From NCBI GenBank assembly GCA_963842375.1, contig CAWJGB010000013.1:170665-234664 (forward strand): a stretch of DNA of 64,000 nucleotides, written 5' to 3'. The notes under the pieces were generated by a model. The model searched no databases. It had not been told where the DNA came from and saw only the letters and a program-made list of their open reading frames with translations. A program made the translations under genes and the position numbers. Below are positions 63,439-64,000 of this stretch, piece by piece (the first letter of the stretch is position 1; each line of letters opens with the position of its first letter). The DNA comes from an uncultured Solirubrobacterales bacterium (GTDB lineage: Bacteria > Actinomycetota > Thermoleophilia > Solirubrobacterales > 70-9).

Positions 63439-63766
63439 GAAGCGCCGCTCCTGGGCGCTTTACCGGCTTCAGCGGCGGGCCTGGCAGCGGCGCGCTAAGC
63501 GTGACGGCGATTACTGCTCAGACGCCGCCTTGCCTGGCGGCCCGAACCAACACCCCGACGATCTCCTCGACCTCGCTGAGGAGATCGCGGTGACCCGCAG
63601 CCACCTGGCCGCGTTGAAGCGGGACGAGCGACGGGCACTCTCACTGCTCGCCCTCGGCTACAGCTACAGCGAGATCTGCGAGCTGACCGAGTGGTCCTAC
63701 ACGAAGGTAAACCGCTGCCTCGCCGAGGGCCGCGCGGCTCTCCGGAGAGGCCAGCGTGCCGAGTGA
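63439..63766 (+). pseudogene. ECF-like sigma-70 factor, 3' part (region 4)
   Basis: ...LKRRSWALYRLQRR... LKRDERRALSLLALGYSYSEICELTEWSYTKVNRCLAEGRAAL is the region 4.2 HTH. Confidence 0.8.
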
Positions 63767-64000
63767 AGCGGGGCCAGCTACCGCCCTTCGGATGCCGCCG
63801 CTGGCGAGGTGCCGACTGGCTCCCGCCTCGAATTGAAGGGAGCAACAGGCTGACGTGATCGCGGCGCTCCTACTCGTCGTCCGGAGCATCAGCGCCGACC
63901 AAGCCGACGAAGACGCCTGCTTCCCCCGGGCCGAGCGGAAGCAAGGAGAGCGACGCCACCGCCTGCCGGTGACGTTCCATAGCAGCACCCTCAGCCAGCT

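Noticed and set aside
63763-63858. 31-aa ORF overlapping the sigma stop by gtga, considered as a possible anti-sigma factor.
   Set aside because: It is too short, has no zf-HC2 or TM features, and the window ends soon after.
1-64000. CRISPR arrays, rRNA genes, prophage structural genes, and known multi-gene defence systems other than R-M and TA.
   Set aside because: No regularly spaced direct repeats, no rRNA-like conserved stretches and no capsid, terminase or tail signatures were seen on either strand.

Overview
GC-rich window (roughly two-thirds G+C by eye, not computed) with frequent GTG/TTG starts and 4-nt start/stop overlaps. Gene content looks actinobacterial, possibly a deep-branching lineage (inference only). 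No rRNA, bona fide tRNA or CRISPR array was seen. All calls come from reading the sequence and the ORF track; nothing was searched against a database. Start codons are often my re-assignments and are approximate. DUF and family names are recalled from motifs.

Layout:
- 1-2000: two tandem collagen-like (G-X-Y) surface-protein paralogues.
- 1936-3506: a 1.57-kb stretch with no credible CDS but many long perfect helices, including a nested ~300-nt palindrome.
- 3507-12153: a regulator-only array of seven TetR-family genes. Five are single-chain double-TetR fusions. A strand-specific asymmetric 16-bp motif occurs 8 times and was seen only in this locus.
- 12154-22056: accessory island. It holds a frameshifted mazF with its RHH antitoxin, a DUF433/DUF5615 pair, small secreted and orphan genes, a gamma-class N6-adenine methyltransferase with a restriction endonuclease, and an M48 protease.
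- 22301-53018: mostly core genes. These include a GT4 glycosyltransferase, nadB, hyuA/hyuB, the moeZ-cysO-cysM-mec sulfur-carrier cysteine pathway, htpX, a split suf cluster with an Rrf2 regulator and a Rieske protein, ispH, WS/DGAT, fxsA and an ABC exporter.
- 53293-64000: decayed mobile region. It contains gene remnants, an IS4-type transposase fragment, and a complete three-recombinase (RIT-type) element inserted in frame into an ECF-like sigma factor gene.

Three of the five inferred frameshifts sit on a CTCGA(A/G)G heptamer.
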